Below are positions 1 through 8,584 of a DNA stretch of 64,000 bases, piece by piece. The notes below the pieces were generated by a model that did not search any database, had not been told where the DNA came from, and was given only the letters and a program-made list of their open reading frames with translations. Position numbers and translations under genes: made by a program. Location of the stretch: the IMG/VR virus record IMGVR_UViG_3300020187_003193. One strand, given 5' to 3'. Source of the DNA: a virus. Each line of letters starts with the position of its first letter. Positions within the stretch are counted from its first letter, which is position 1.

Positions 1-36
1 TTTCATATTTATCACTAGATACAAATTTATTCAAAA

Positions 37-969
37 ATGGCTAATTTACAAAGTACTACTATAACAGGAGCAATAAAAGTAGGAACCACCGCTAATACCT
101 CTAATGCAGGAAATATATGGTTTGATACATCTGCTAACAAATTAAAATATTCATATACCGCCTTTAATGCCGGAACATGGTCAGCAGGAACTACCATGAG
201 CTGTCAAAGAAATTGGATTGGAGGAGCTGGCCAACAAAATGCAGGTTTAATTTTTAATGGTAAAGTTGGTAGTGCTAAAACTAATTCTACAGAAGAATAT
301 AATGGCTCCTCATGGTCAAATGGAGGAAATTATCTTATATCAGATTACTTACATAAAGGTACAGGTGAACAAAATGCGGCATTAAGTCACACCTGGATTG
401 GAACTTCCGTCTGGGAATATAATGGATCTTCTTGGGCTACAGGGGGAACCGATACACAATCAAGACAAGAAGGAGGATTATCAGGACAACAAAATGCAGG
501 TTTAGCATTTGGAGGATATGCCTGCACTACTTCTGAATATAATGGTTCGTCATGGTCAAATACAACAAATCTCCCATCTAATGCTCTAATAAATTGTATA
601 GCGGGAGGGGGCCAACAAAACTCATCTGTAACAGTGGGTGGTAGATTACCTTCTACTCTAAGAAATTTAGTTTATCAATACAATGGAAGTACATGGTCCA
701 CAGGAACAAATTATCCAATAACTGTTGCATCCCCAAAAGTAGCTGCATCAACTTCAGATTCAGCAGTGGCTTGGGGTGGACTTACACCTGCAGCTACTAA
801 TAAAGCTTATGAATTCGATGGTATAGCGTGGTCTGCTGGAGGAAATATGTCCTGTGCTAAGAGTCATGATGGTGGTGGTGGAACTAGAGCCACGGCCTTC
901 GCAGCAGAATGTGCTTCTACTGAAGAATGGGTTCAAGGAAGTTCATTTATAACAACTTGCGAATTATAA
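37..969 (+). CDS. Kelch-like beta-propeller repeat virion/fibre protein (paralog 1)
   Basis: About six repeats of G-x-QNA-x-AFGG...EYNGSSW; N-terminus MANLQSTTI shared with the next two ORFs; ATATTTAT motif at 5-12. Confidence 0.7.
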   Translation: MANLQSTTITGAIKVGTTANTSNAGNIWFDTSANKLKYSYTAFNAGTWSAGTTMSCQRNWIGGAGQQNAGLIFNGKVGSAKTNSTEEYNGSSWSNGGNYLISDYLHKGTGEQNAALSHTWIGTSVWEYNGSSWATGGTDTQSRQEGGLSGQQNAGLAFGGYACTTSEYNGSSWSNTTNLPSNALINCIAGGGQQNSSVTVGGRLPSTLRNLVYQYNGSTWSTGTNYPITVASPKVAASTSDSAVAWGGLTPAATNKAYEFDGIAWSAGGNMSCAKSHDGGGGTRATAFAAECASTEEWVQGSSFITTCEL

Positions 970-989
970 TATAAATAAAAACTTAACTA

Positions 990-1940
990 ATGGCAAATTT
1001 ACAAACAACCACTATAAATGGCTCACTTCACCTGGGAAACTCCCCAGTAACTTCAGATGCGGGTTATGTGTGGTATAATACAAGTTTAAATAAAGTACAA
1101 TATTCTGCGGTACAATATAGTACAGGTACATGGAGTACAGGAGGAAATTTAAGTGTTGCTAGGCATGAACTTGGAGGAGCAGGTACACAAAATGCTGGAT
1201 TAGCCTTTGGTGGTTCAACAATTCTTGCCTGTACAGAGGAATATAATGGTAGTTCATGGGCTACGGGAGGTGCTATGGCTAGAGCTGTTAGAAACACAGG
1301 TACAGGAACTGGCCAACAAAATGCCGCTTTACAATATGGTGGATTTAGTCCCGTTGGTGCTTATACTTGTACACAAGAATATAATGGTTCTTCTTGGTCT
1401 TTTGGAGGAGCCTTTCCTGTAACTGCTGACGACGCTGCCTCAGCTGGTCAACAAAATGCCGCAGTAGGTTTTGGTTTTCGTAATATTTTATGTACTTTTG
1501 AATACAATGGTTCGTCATGGACATGTACAGGTAACTTCCCAGATGCAAGAGAAGGGATGGGAGCTACTGGAGAACAAAATTCTGCAATAGGAACTGGTGG
1601 TTTCCCCTATTCTACTTCCTGTAAAACTTGGATATATGATGGTAGCAGTTGGTCAGAAGGTGCTTGTATGCCTTCTCCAAAATACCAACACGGGATGTCA
1701 GGAAACGTAACTGCAGCAGTTTCTTTTGGAGGAGGTGGATTTCCAGCCCAATGTTCTACTTTTGAATATAATGGATCAACATGGTCAACTGGAGGTAATT
1801 TGTCCTTAGGAAGAGGATATCCATCATCAACAGGTGATTCCGGAGCAGGTTTAGCTGCAGGCGGGAGTACTCCTTCATCCGTATCATGTACCGAAGAATA
1901 TAACCAAACTTGTTCTATAGGTGTAAAAACTATAGGTTAA
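990..1940 (+). CDS. Kelch-like beta-propeller repeat virion/fibre protein (paralog 2)
   Basis: Same repeat (GQQNA...CTxEYNGSSW) and same N-terminal MANLQTTTI...WYN module. Confidence 0.7.
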   Translation: MANLQTTTINGSLHLGNSPVTSDAGYVWYNTSLNKVQYSAVQYSTGTWSTGGNLSVARHELGGAGTQNAGLAFGGSTILACTEEYNGSSWATGGAMARAVRNTGTGTGQQNAALQYGGFSPVGAYTCTQEYNGSSWSFGGAFPVTADDAASAGQQNAAVGFGFRNILCTFEYNGSSWTCTGNFPDAREGMGATGEQNSAIGTGGFPYSTSCKTWIYDGSSWSEGACMPSPKYQHGMSGNVTAAVSFGGGGFPAQCSTFEYNGSTWSTGGNLSLGRGYPSSTGDSGAGLAAGGSTPSSVSCTEEYNQTCSIGVKTIG

Positions 1941-1972
1941 ACAAATTATTTATAATATTAAATCATAAAACA

Positions 1973-2122
1973 ATGGCAAATTTACAAACAACAGTTATAA
2001 CAGGTTATCTGGATTTAAGTAATTCTACTCCTGGAAACCAAGTAGGCAATTTGTGGTATGACAGTACTTCAAATACAATGAAAATTACTACTGATACAAG
2101 TGGAAATGGTGTTGATTTATAA
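1973..2122 (+). CDS. Truncated third paralog, N-terminal module only (49 aa; possible pseudogene)
   Basis: MANLQTTVITGYLDLSNSTPGNQVGNLWYDSTSNTMK matches the N-termini of 37 and 990, then stops before any repeat. Confidence 0.6.
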   Translation: MANLQTTVITGYLDLSNSTPGNQVGNLWYDSTSNTMKITTDTSGNGVDL

Positions 2123-2151
2123 TATTGGTTAGGTAAAACTTTATAAAAAAA

Positions 2152-2183
2152 TTAGGCTCCCATAGGGAGCCTTTTTATATTTA
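2152..2183 (+). promoter_or_regulatory. Early-type promoter with nested terminator-like hairpin
   Basis: TTAG-N20-TATATTTA; AGGCTCCC-ATA-GGGAGCCT (2154-2172) followed by TTTT. Confidence 0.7.
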
Positions 2184-2202
2184 ATCACATAAATAAGTTA
2201 TA

Positions 2203-2553
2203 ATGGATTATAAAGCATTAACAATAGGAATATTATTTTTTATAGCATCTCAAGTTGTAATTTGGTTTCAATCTCACTTACAATTTTTCAATAAATGGGC
2301 AAGTGATAATCCTATATTAATTTCATCTGTAGGAGTAGTTGTATCATATGGGTCAATTATGGCAACAAAACATATAGCTGGGGCGTTTAATGGGTTGGTA
2401 TGGCCTAGTAGATTTATAGGTTTTAGTATTGGTATAATTTTATTTGCGTTTTTAACTTGGATATTTTTAAAAGAACCCTTATCATTAAAGTCATTAACCT
2501 GTATTGCTTTAGCATTTTGTATATTAGCAATACAATTATTTTGGAAAAATTAG
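2203..2553 (+). CDS. Small 4-TM membrane protein, DMT/SMR(EamA)-like
   Basis: Four hydrophobic segments; ...WIFLKEPLSLK... resembles the DMT family loop. Confidence 0.55.
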   Translation: MDYKALTIGILFFIASQVVIWFQSHLQFFNKWASDNPILISSVGVVVSYGSIMATKHIAGAFNGLVWPSRFIGFSIGIILFAFLTWIFLKEPLSLKSLTCIALAFCILAIQLFWKN

Positions 2554-2556
2554 ATT

Positions 2557-3114
2557 ATGGTACAAGAATATAAACAAATTCTCACACCTGAAGAGTGTCA
2601 ACACGTTATTAACTTAGCATCTCCATACTTAGAACAAGCGGGATTATTAGGTGGTAATGAATTAGACAATTATAGAGTGGCACAAGGTACTTGGTTATTT
2701 GATTATGATACTTTATTACATGAAATAAAAACAATTGTAGCGAGTTTAACTCGTCTACCAATTGAAAATCAAGAAGCACCTCATGTTGTATACTACACTC
2801 AAGGAGGTGAATATAAAGTGCATTATGACTACTTTATTGAAGGTGAAGAATATTATAATGAAGAAGTAGCTAAAGGTGGACAAAGAAGATACAGTGTATT
2901 ATTCTATTTAAATGATGTACCTAAGGGAGGTGAAACGCACTTTCCAAATATAGACCAAACTACCCACCCCGAATTAGGTAAAGTAGTAGTTTGGGATAAC
3001 GTAGATAAAAACGGCGTACCATATAAAGATTCATTGCATGCAGGATTACCTGTAACTGAAGGTGAAAAATGGATATTAATATTCTGGGTCCGAGAAAATA
3101 AATTTACACTTTAA
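2557..3114 (+). CDS. Prolyl 4-hydroxylase-like 2OG-Fe(II) oxygenase
   Basis: HYD...RRYSVLFYLNDVPKGGETHFP...LHAGLPVTEGEKW motifs. Confidence 0.9.
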   Translation: MVQEYKQILTPEECQHVINLASPYLEQAGLLGGNELDNYRVAQGTWLFDYDTLLHEIKTIVASLTRLPIENQEAPHVVYYTQGGEYKVHYDYFIEGEEYYNEEVAKGGQRRYSVLFYLNDVPKGGETHFPNIDQTTHPELGKVVVWDNVDKNGVPYKDSLHAGLPVTEGEKWILIFWVRENKFTL

Positions 3115-3124
3115 TACGAAAATA

Positions 3125-3156
3125 TTTGGCTGCCATAGGCAGCCTTCGTATATTTA
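3125..3156 (+). promoter_or_regulatory. Bacteroidota-type sigma70 promoter with palindromic spacer
   Basis: TTTG-N20-TATATTTA; spacer contains GGCTGCC-ATA-GGCAGCC. Confidence 0.75.
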
Positions 3157-3186
3157 CCGAGTTAAAATTATAAAAATATAAAGGTT

Positions 3187-3558
3187 ATGGCAACAGAATT
3201 AGAAAGAGAATTAGCAGAAGCAAGAAAAGTTTACATCGAAGCAATTGACAACGGTGATGAACAAACCGAAAACGAATATGCTGACATTGTATCAGCTATC
3301 GCTAAGTTAATAAACAAAGACAATCAAAGCTTATCTAACTACCAACAATGGTATAGCAAAAATGAACATCCAATAGAGGATTTAGAATGCCCAGGTGAAA
3401 TAATTGCTGACGTTAGAGAATTTGCTAAACACCCTAAGGGCTTTAGCAAGGAAGTAGTTGAAGAATGGAACCAATACTTACCATTTGACTTACATACCAA
3501 ATTAAAAACATATGGTATGGTGGGGAGCGCAAGACTGAACAAAATATTCAAATTGTAA
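3187..3558 (+). CDS. Hypothetical early protein
   Basis: ORF preceded by promoter and ATAAAGGTT-ATG leader. Confidence 0.7.
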   Translation: MATELERELAEARKVYIEAIDNGDEQTENEYADIVSAIAKLINKDNQSLSNYQQWYSKNEHPIEDLECPGEIIADVREFAKHPKGFSKEVVEEWNQYLPFDLHTKLKTYGMVGSARLNKIFKL

Positions 3559-3560
3559 TT

Positions 3561-3968
3561 ATGGAAATAGAATCTAGACCATGGGGTATGTATGAAGTAT
3601 TACTTGATGCTCCCGAATGTAAAGTAAAACGTATAACAGTAGCCCCAGGGCAAAAATTATCCTACCAATACCATACAAAACGTCAAGAACAATGGACAGT
3701 GGTAAAAGGCAATTTAACTATCGTTTTGGATGATGAAAAAATATTTAGAGAAGTAGGCCAATCAATTTTTATACCATTAGGTGCAAAACATAGGGCTTGG
3801 AATGAAACAGATGAAATAGTACAATTTGTTGAAGTACAAACAGGAACTTATTTCGGAGAAGACGATATCATAAGACTAGAAGATGATTATAATAGAGCAG
3901 ATGAAAATCCATTTGAACATTTAGAAGATGGTAACTATATTGGAGGTTTAACAATGCCTAAAAAATAA
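3561..3968 (+). CDS. Mannose-6-phosphate isomerase type II / ManC C-terminal cupin
   Basis: RPWG.Y..L...KVKRI.V.PGQKLSYQYH..R.E.W.VV.G...H...N...EVQTG.Y.GEDDI.RLED.Y.R. Confidence 0.9.
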   Translation: MEIESRPWGMYEVLLDAPECKVKRITVAPGQKLSYQYHTKRQEQWTVVKGNLTIVLDDEKIFREVGQSIFIPLGAKHRAWNETDEIVQFVEVQTGTYFGEDDIIRLEDDYNRADENPFEHLEDGNYIGGLTMPKK

Positions 3969-3977
3969 TAGAACCTT

Positions 3978-4187
3978 ATGCCTAAAACAGATACACCCGA
4001 AGCAGTATGTCATAAATGTAAAAAACCAGCCGTGGGAAGATACAGCCCGGATTTGGATATAGCGGGTTTGGCATTTTGTGAAGAACATAGAGATTTAATT
4101 GGCGTAGCATTCTATTGTTTAATGACAGATAAAGTAGATGATTTTAACGCCATAATGGGTACAAATTTAGATGTAAACGAGATATGA
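3978..4187 (+). CDS. Small hypothetical protein with Cys/His motif
   Basis: CHKC...FCEEH. Confidence 0.55.
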   Translation: MPKTDTPEAVCHKCKKPAVGRYSPDLDIAGLAFCEEHRDLIGVAFYCLMTDKVDDFNAIMGTNLDVNEI

Positions 4188-4336
4188 GTTTAATTTACAT
4201 GCAATCAACAATTGATCATATATTAACAAATCATCAAGACAAGATGAACGACTTAAATGCGCTTGGAGATCCGGAGCCGGTCGAGTTAATTGATGACAAA
4301 GGTAATGTATTAAATAAGTATTATATATTTAAATAG
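4184..4336 (+). CDS. Small hypothetical protein (50 aa, not in ORF track)
   Basis: ATGA overlap with upstream stop; MSLIYMQSTIDHILTNHQDK... Confidence 0.5.
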   Translation: MSLIYMQSTIDHILTNHQDKMNDLNALGDPEPVELIDDKGNVLNKYYIFK

Positions 4337-4338
4337 CA

Positions 4339-4710
4339 ATGGAAGAGTATAGTGTTTATTGGTATGATTTAAGAAATTATAAAGGTAAAGGCATACAACT
4401 CTTTGGCGGTCCAAGATATTGGGGTGTGTTATATAAAGTAGGTCATCAATATGGTTTTGAAGAATCTCGTATTAGAGAAAATGAAGCACGTGAAGGTGAT
4501 TTGGCATGGGTTAAACTATGGGGTGATATTCATTTAATGGGTATAAAACAATTCAAGACAAGAGAACAAGCGATTAAATTCGAAAAAAAAGTACATAGAA
4601 AACTAGGTAAAAAACAATTTTCAATTGCGGAAAAAGTATCGGGTGTAAGTGAATTTAGAATTGGTAATAAACAAAATGAAAAAATATTAAACGAAATATT
4701 TAATAAATAA
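4339..4710 (+). CDS. GIY-YIG / T5orf172-like protein
   Basis: LYKVG...R...A...EKKVH..L....G.SEF pattern. Confidence 0.5.
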   Translation: MEEYSVYWYDLRNYKGKGIQLFGGPRYWGVLYKVGHQYGFEESRIRENEAREGDLAWVKLWGDIHLMGIKQFKTREQAIKFEKKVHRKLGKKQFSIAEKVSGVSEFRIGNKQNEKILNEIFNK

Positions 4711-4957
4711 ACGGGGCACCAAATGAACCAAAACAAAATAATAAATAAAATACTCGAACTAAAAGCAAATAACGAGGACAAAAAACAAATTCAGTTTCTC
4801 CAGCAGAAATTAGATAAAGCAAATAACAAAACCAATAATAAAAAATAAGTTTATAATATGTATACCCGCATAGTGGAGTATGCAATATTAAAAACAAACT
4901 TAAATGCTATTGGTTAGTAGATGCTCCACCATCGAACGCCACTAGCATTCTTTTATC

Positions 4958-5527
4958 ATGTCAACAAAAATATGTACTAAATGTTCTGTAGAAAAACCAT
5001 TAAGTGAGTATCACAATAATAAACAATACAAACATTCCCATTGTAAAACTTGTGTAAAGGAATATAGGAAATTAAATCCTCAACTTGAGAAAAAACATCG
5101 AAGGGAATGGTTAGATAATGGAGGGAGAATATCACGTAAAGAATATAATAGAAAATATCAAAATAATCTTACCCCCATTCAAAAAATAAAACGAAGTATA
5201 AGAAGTAGATTATCAATATCGGTAAAATTAAATGGGTATTCTAAATCTTCAACATTGAATAAAGCAATCGGTTGCGATTGGAATACGTTAAAACAGCATT
5301 TAGAAACGCAATTCGACGATAAAATGAATTGGGACAACTACGGTTCATATTGGGAAGTCGATCATATAAAACCAATGGTAAGCGCTAAAACGGTAAACGA
5401 AGTTTATGAATTAAATCACTATACTAATTTACAACCATTATATTGGGAAGAAAATAGACAAAAAAGCGATAAACTAAATTGGAAAGCAAATAATAAAAAC
5501 AAAGCACATAATAATCTCAGTAAATAA
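4958..5527 (+). CDS. HNH / endonuclease VII-like homing endonuclease
   Basis: N-terminal KICTKC..EKPLSEY..HCKTC Zn finger; C-terminal MNWDNYG.YWEVDHIKP...NHYTNLQPL...N..KS. Confidence 0.85.
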   Translation: MSTKICTKCSVEKPLSEYHNNKQYKHSHCKTCVKEYRKLNPQLEKKHRREWLDNGGRISRKEYNRKYQNNLTPIQKIKRSIRSRLSISVKLNGYSKSSTLNKAIGCDWNTLKQHLETQFDDKMNWDNYGSYWEVDHIKPMVSAKTVNEVYELNHYTNLQPLYWEENRQKSDKLNWKANNKNKAHNNLSK

Positions 5528-5741
5528 AACAACGACGAATAGACTCAAGACTCTCTTCTTTTCCGTAGATTTGAATGTGTCATAATACGTATATCCAAAC
5601 CCCAATAATGCAATCATTACATCGCCCAACACGCCTCAAATTATCGTATAACCCATCGGGTGAATTGGTACACATTGCCACGCGCAAATTACGTGCATAC
5701 ATGCGATATAAACGCATATATAACAATAAACGACAAACGGC

Positions 5742-5825
5742 ATGTGGGTAATAGTAATCGGTATAACATTCGCATGGCTCGTTACTACAATAGTGTATAT
5801 CATTAAACAAGAACTGGATAAATAG
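5742..5825 (+). CDS. 27-aa single-TM micro-protein
   Basis: MWVIVIGITFAWLVTTIVYIIKQELDK, read manually. Confidence 0.4.
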   Translation: MWVIVIGITFAWLVTTIVYIIKQELDK

Positions 5826-6236
5826 GGTACAATAGTACACCCTAACACGTTGAGGTTCGGAGTATAACAACGGTATAAACGATAGGTGTACCGCTCCACC
5901 CCAACCTATCATTAATCATCCCCCATCGCATTTAAACATTGATTCTCGCTCGTCGTAGGTGTACTAAGGTAACACATGCGTACGTAGGGTATAACTCTAC
6001 ACTATATTGGTTAGTAATGTAACATGATGTGTGGAACGGTGTAGGCGAGTAACCTAAGCATGATTCGGGTATGGTATGCCCCTGCATGTGCATTCCAAGC
6101 CTCTCTCGACAAAGAAACGAGTATATATGAACAATTGCGAATTCAACAATCAGCACCGACGTAAGTAAAAATGATTCACAATAAAAACACGCTTTAATTG
6201 AGCATTCAACAATAATTAAAAGTAATGCACAGGAAA

Positions 6237-6268
6237 TTAGGCTTCACAGGCAATTATTCGTATATTTA
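6237..6268 (+). promoter_or_regulatory. Early-type promoter
   Basis: TTAG-N20-TATATTTA. Confidence 0.7.
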
Positions 6269-6311
6269 CCATGTTGAGATAATTAAGTCGAAACAAAATA
6301 AAGGTTATATT

Positions 6312-6494
6312 ATGCAAGTTAAAACAAACAACAAAATTACATTAGATTCTAAAGCGTATTTATCAGTAAACAAAGGCGTGTTCAACAGTGAATTGCTTGA
6401 TCGCAATGATTTCGTGCGTATGAATAATCGTACTTACTATGCTACATTAGTTAATTCAAGAGTACATGCTGACCATTGTTTTGCTTCAATGTAA
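6312..6494 (+). CDS. Small early protein (start moved to 6312)
   Basis: Follows promoter and AATAAAGGTT leader; MQVKTNNK... Confidence 0.6.
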   Translation: MQVKTNNKITLDSKAYLSVNKGVFNSELLDRNDFVRMNNRTYYATLVNSRVHADHCFASM

Positions 6495-6500
6495 AACAAA

Positions 6501-6532
6501 TTTGGCTACCGCAAGTAGCCTTCGTATATTTA
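6501..6532 (+). promoter_or_regulatory. Early-type promoter with palindromic spacer
   Basis: TTTG-N20-TATATTTA; GGCTAC-CGCAA-GTAGCC. Confidence 0.75.
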
Positions 6533-6560
6533 CCACGTTGAAATTAAAATAATAAAGGTT

Positions 6561-6773
6561 ATGATGAATGTAAGTAAATTATCAGAAGAGTTATTTAATG
6601 GTTATGCTAAAGGTATTATAACAGATGAAGAATGTTGTGATATGATTGATCTTATTTCTAATACTCATACTGCTACAATTGAAGAGAAGGAAGATGATAC
6701 ATATGATTGGTCAGTAGATAATATTGAAGATGACGCATATGAGTTAGAAGCTTCAAGATACGATTACTTATAA
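6561..6773 (+). CDS. Small acidic early protein
   Basis: AATAAAGGTTATG leader. Confidence 0.7.
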   Translation: MMNVSKLSEELFNGYAKGIITDEECCDMIDLISNTHTATIEEKEDDTYDWSVDNIEDDAYELEASRYDYL

Positions 6774-6790
6774 TAATTAAAATAAAGGTT

Positions 6791-7063
6791 ATGAGCGATT
6801 ACAGATTTAATAGACAAGAAGTATTTACTAGAGAAGACATGCGTGAACTGATGGATATTATCAGTGACGTAGAAATGCTCGATGGTAACCATTTTACATT
6901 AACTAATCAGTTATACGGTATGTTTGATGGTGTTGTTTATGATGATATATTGCATAACGCAAATGTTAATATGGTGCCTATCACAATTATAAGACGTATT
7001 AATAGTTTGGTTAGGAAAATTGTTGAAAGTCTTGTTGAAGTAAATGACGAAGTGGTAGGCTAG
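6791..7063 (+). CDS. Small early protein
   Basis: AATAAAGGTTATG leader. Confidence 0.7.
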   Translation: MSDYRFNRQEVFTREDMRELMDIISDVEMLDGNHFTLTNQLYGMFDGVVYDDILHNANVNMVPITIIRRINSLVRKIVESLVEVNDEVVG

Positions 7064-7086
7064 GCCAAACCGGGTTCATATATTTA
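7055..7086 (+). promoter_or_regulatory. Early-type promoter
   Basis: GTAG-N20-TATATTTA. Confidence 0.6.
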
Positions 7087-7115
7087 CCGTGTTGAATTAA
7101 TAAATAATAAAGGTT

Positions 7116-7265
7116 ATGAATGTAAATTATTTAAAAGCAATTGTTATTGCTGAGAAACAAGGATTATTATCTAGAAAACACGCTGAAACGCTTGTATTAG
7201 ATGAAATTGATAATGCTAAAATTAGACAAGCATTCGACATATTCAAACAAGCAAAGTTAGTATAG
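7116..7265 (+). CDS. Small early protein (49 aa, not in ORF track)
   Basis: AATAAAGGTTATG leader; MNVNYLKAIVIAEKQG... Confidence 0.65.
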   Translation: MNVNYLKAIVIAEKQGLLSRKHAETLVLDEIDNAKIRQAFDIFKQAKLV

Positions 7266-7346
7266 ATGAAACAAACCACAGCAATAACATTATTAGTATT
7301 TTGGTCAGTGATGATGGCCGCAACGGTGTATGCCGTATTAAATTGA
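7266..7346 (+). CDS. 26-aa single-TM micro-protein
   Basis: MKQTTAITLLVFWSVMMAATVYAVLN, abuts upstream stop. Confidence 0.4.
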   Translation: MKQTTAITLLVFWSVMMAATVYAVLN

Positions 7347-7356
7347 ATTAAGAATT

Positions 7357-7447
7357 CGGTCGAGCAGGGTTAATGCGTCTGCTCCATGTTGGTAGGGGTT
7401 GATCACCACATCCGTACAAGCATTCCCGGACGCGGGAGGTAGACCGC
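7357..7447 (+). ncRNA. Candidate structured ncRNA (multi-helix)
   Basis: CGGTC/GACCG, GAGCAG/CTGCTC, ATGT-TGGT/ACCACAT, TCCG/CGGA helices in a GC-rich intergenic stretch. Confidence 0.45.
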
Positions 7448-7462
7448 TTAAAATTATATATT

Positions 7463-7666
7463 ATGGGTTATATTATATTTGGATTATTAGTATTATTAAG
7501 TGGGTTTATGTATTTGGTGTTAGGAGCATCATTGACAATTGAATTAACCCATCCACGCATTAAAGCATTAGTTGGGTTCGAGTATTGGCCTAGCGATGAT
7601 GAAGAGGAATACAATACGTTCAAATTACATTTTATTTGGTTGGCGCTTAGGTGGGATTGGGTCTAA
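7463..7666 (+). CDS. Small membrane protein
   Basis: N-terminal hydrophobic helix. Confidence 0.55.
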   Translation: MGYIIFGLLVLLSGFMYLVLGASLTIELTHPRIKALVGFEYWPSDDEEEYNTFKLHFIWLALRWDWV

Positions 7667-7718
7667 TACTTTATTATTTTCCGTTTCAACACAGCAATTA
7701 GGTTCTACATTACATCCC

Positions 7719-7737
7719 AGCCCCCTTCCTGGGGGCT
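7719..7737 (+). terminator. GC hairpin, possible terminator
   Basis: AGCCCCC-TTCCT-GGGGGCT; no clear U-tract. Confidence 0.4.
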
Positions 7738-7789
7738 CGCCTTCCATCTAATTAATATATTTACTGATATAACATTAATGTAAATAAAA

Positions 7790-8020
7790 ATGAATATACA
7801 TCAATTAAAAGCGGAACTCGAATTATTATACGACGAAGCAACCAACTTACGTGACTATACTGACAATGCCGACCTATCATCAGAAATCGACATGAATGTC
7901 ATAACCCACATGGACCATGCATTATTTCAATTGGAAGCGCTAATTGCCGACGTAGATGACGGAATGTATGAAGATGGCGACGGAGGTAGAGATTTCGGAG
8001 ATTTCGAAGAAGAATATTAA
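7790..8020 (+). CDS. Small acidic helical protein
   Basis: ORF with A-rich leader. Confidence 0.65.
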   Translation: MNIHQLKAELELLYDEATNLRDYTDNADLSSEIDMNVITHMDHALFQLEALIADVDDGMYEDGDGGRDFGDFEEEY

Positions 8021-8023
8021 TAT

Positions 8024-8155
8024 CGGCCCGATGGCGGGACGTTAGCGGATCATTAGCGGATCGCTCCCATGATCGCCGCGGTCCATCGATGGTGCGGGGG
8101 CGCGGGCAAGAGTGTTGACGGATTAAGAGATACCTAACGGATCCCCACATCGATG
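8024..8155. repeat. GC-rich island with iteron-like repeats
   Basis: TTAGCGGATC x2 (8042, 8053), variants near 8115 and 8134, CATCGATG x2 (8084, 8148); 59/84 G+C over 8024-8107. Confidence 0.7.
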
Positions 8156-8191
8156 CGTATATACCTATATATCTAATATAATATTATCATA

Positions 8192-8299
8192 ATGGAACAC
8201 AAACCGTTTTATTTAGTAGACAATGTATGGTGGTGTGGGTGTGGCTCACTCAACTCCGCTTCATTAGAGACATGCCCCGTATGCGATAAGCCTAAATAA
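8192..8299 (+). CDS. 35-aa zinc-ribbon micro-protein
   Basis: WWCGCGSLNSASLETCPVC, close to RanBP2-type W-x-C..C-x3-N-x6-C-x2-C. Confidence 0.55.
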   Translation: MEHKPFYLVDNVWWCGCGSLNSASLETCPVCDKPK

Positions 8300-8300
8300 G

Positions 8301-8332
8301 CTAGGATAAGCCAATTGTCCGTCGTATATTTA
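8301..8332 (+). promoter_or_regulatory. Early-type promoter
   Basis: CTAG-N20-TATATTTA. Confidence 0.6.
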
Positions 8333-8428
8333 ATTGTAAGACCCGTTTAAGCCCTTCTGGCCACGGTTATTAGATTTATAAACTTTCTTTTTAAAAAGAT
8401 TTTTTGCATCGATAAAAGTATATACGAT

Positions 8429-8584
8429 ATGAAATTACAAGTAGGTGAAAATAATGGTTATGTTATTGTAGACGATAATACAGGCCACGTTTTAGATGTT
8501 TTCGTTATGGTAGACGAGGGTATATTCGATAATAGTATAACAACAAGTTATAGAAGAGAAGGAGATAAACACTTCAAGTTATGA
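8429..8584 (+). CDS. Small hypothetical protein (51 aa)
   Basis: Manual ORF MKLQVGENNGYVIVDD...; ATGA overlap with next ORF. Confidence 0.5.
   Translation: MKLQVGENNGYVIVDDNTGHVLDVFVMVDEGIFDNSITTSYRREGDKHFKL

Noticed and set aside
37-1940. Diversity-generating retroelement acting on the fibre repeats
   Set aside because: No template/variable repeat pair differing mainly at adenines, and no reverse transcriptase in the window.
7352-7447. tRNA gene
   Set aside because: Cloverleaf-like, but no 7-bp acceptor stem, no U33 anticodon loop, no TTC T-loop and no CCA; kept only as an ncRNA candidate.
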